DNA from: Pirellulaceae bacterium
Lineage (GTDB): Bacteria > Planctomycetota > Planctomycetia > Pirellulales > Pirellulaceae
DNA length: 64,000 nt
Direction of reading: 5' to 3'
NCBI GenBank assembly: GCA_044235425.1
Contig: JBIIHW010000009.1
Span: 1 to 64,000, forward strand
Each line of letters starts with the position of its first letter. Positions within the stretch are counted from its first letter, which is position 1. This document shows positions 63,407 through 64,000 of the stretch, one piece after another. The notes under the pieces are model-generated. The model did not search any database. It was not told the DNA's origin and worked only from the letters and a program-made list of their open reading frames with translations. A program made the position numbers and the translations under genes.

Positions 63407-64000
63407 ATGGTTAGAAAACGAGTTCCGATTGCGGCCGCTTTCCTGCTCAGCGGCTTCTGGACGCTCGTGGCAGCCCACGTCTCAGCTCAGCCCAATACCG
63501 CGCCCAATACCGCGCCCGCCGCAGCGCGTTTGCCTGCCGATTACGTGCGGGATCTCGAACAAGGGCCACAGCCGGCTCGCGTGACAGCGCTGCGCGAACT
63601 GGAACGCTTGGGAGCCAAAGCGGCTCCTGCCGTCCCCGCCCTCATCGCCCTCATCGAAAAAGATAACGAGGACTATCGCACCGCCGCAGTCGCGATTCTC
63701 AAGTCCATCGGACCGGAAGCTCGAGCTGCCGTGCCCGTGCTCCGCAAATCACTCACCCATCAAGACATCCACACGCAGTACTGGTCCTGTCGCGCCCTCG
63801 GGGCCATCGGCAATGAAGCCCAGGATGCTGTCCCCGATTTGATCGCCCTGTTGCCACGCAAGAACGCCTCCGCCTCAGTCCGCCGTCACGCCGCTTTAGC
63901 TCTCGGCCAACTCGCCGAAGTCTCCGCACCGGCCGCCATCGAACCACTTATCCAAACACTGCGCGATCCGGTCGCGCAAGTCCGCTGCGATGCCGCCTGG
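63407..64000 (+). CDS. HEAT-repeat protein with signal peptide (3' end beyond window)
   Basis: The open frame from ATG 63407 runs to the window end. It encodes a signal peptide plus repeated HEAT-like AxPALIxLLxDxxxxVRxxAAxALGxIG units. Confidence 0.55.
   Translation, partial: MVRKRVPIAAAFLLSGFWTLVAAHVSAQPNTAPNTAPAAARLPADYVRDLEQGPQPARVTALRELERLGAKAAPAVPALIALIEKDNEDYRTAAVAILKSIGPEARAAVPVLRKSLTHQDIHTQYWSCRALGAIGNEAQDAVPDLIALLPRKNASASVRRHAALALGQLAEVSAPAAIEPLIQTLRDPVAQVRCDAAW

Overview
This window is a high-GC (~58-60%) chromosomal segment with the hallmarks of a Planctomycetes genome. It carries a Tat-signal DUF1501 protein, a DUF1559 protein with a prepilin-type N-terminal cleavage/methylation motif followed by a small lipoprotein, periplasmic Gfo/Idh/MocA oxidoreductases, HEAT-repeat proteins and giant surface proteins.

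Housekeeping genes: tmk, holB, asnS, cinA, an acyl-CoA synthetase with an adjacent acyl-CoA dehydrogenase, a CPA2-type antiporter, an MMPL/RND exporter and an SPFH/flotillin protein.

Accessory content:
- two tandem paralogous giant Thr/Ser/Gly-rich beta-helix-like proteins of about 1650-1690 aa, with a GT2 glycosyltransferase immediately upstream;
- a 1948-aa RTX-like calcium-binding-repeat giant protein. All three giants share an N-terminal 'R-F/L-E-x-L-E-x-R-x-L/V-MA' motif;
- a two-gene homospermidine synthase (hss) plus ornithine decarboxylase polyamine module;
- a three-subunit xanthine-dehydrogenase/CoxSML-type molybdenum hydroxylase cluster followed by a MoaD/ThiS-like GG-terminal protein;
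- an Apa1/Apa2-type Ap4A phosphorylase homolog;
- a 1470-aa secreted protein with short peptide repeats.

The window is unusually rich in short tandem repeats. These include units of 14, 14, 7 and 16 bp in intergenic DNA and in-frame 15- and 18-bp repeats inside enzymes. A ~0.5-kb AT-richer non-coding island lies after the Mo-hydroxylase cluster and contains a long hairpin flanked by ~60-bp direct repeats.

No rRNA, tRNA, CRISPR array, transposase or integrase could be supported from the sequence. Many long minus- or plus-strand ORFs opposite real genes are high-GC antisense shadows.
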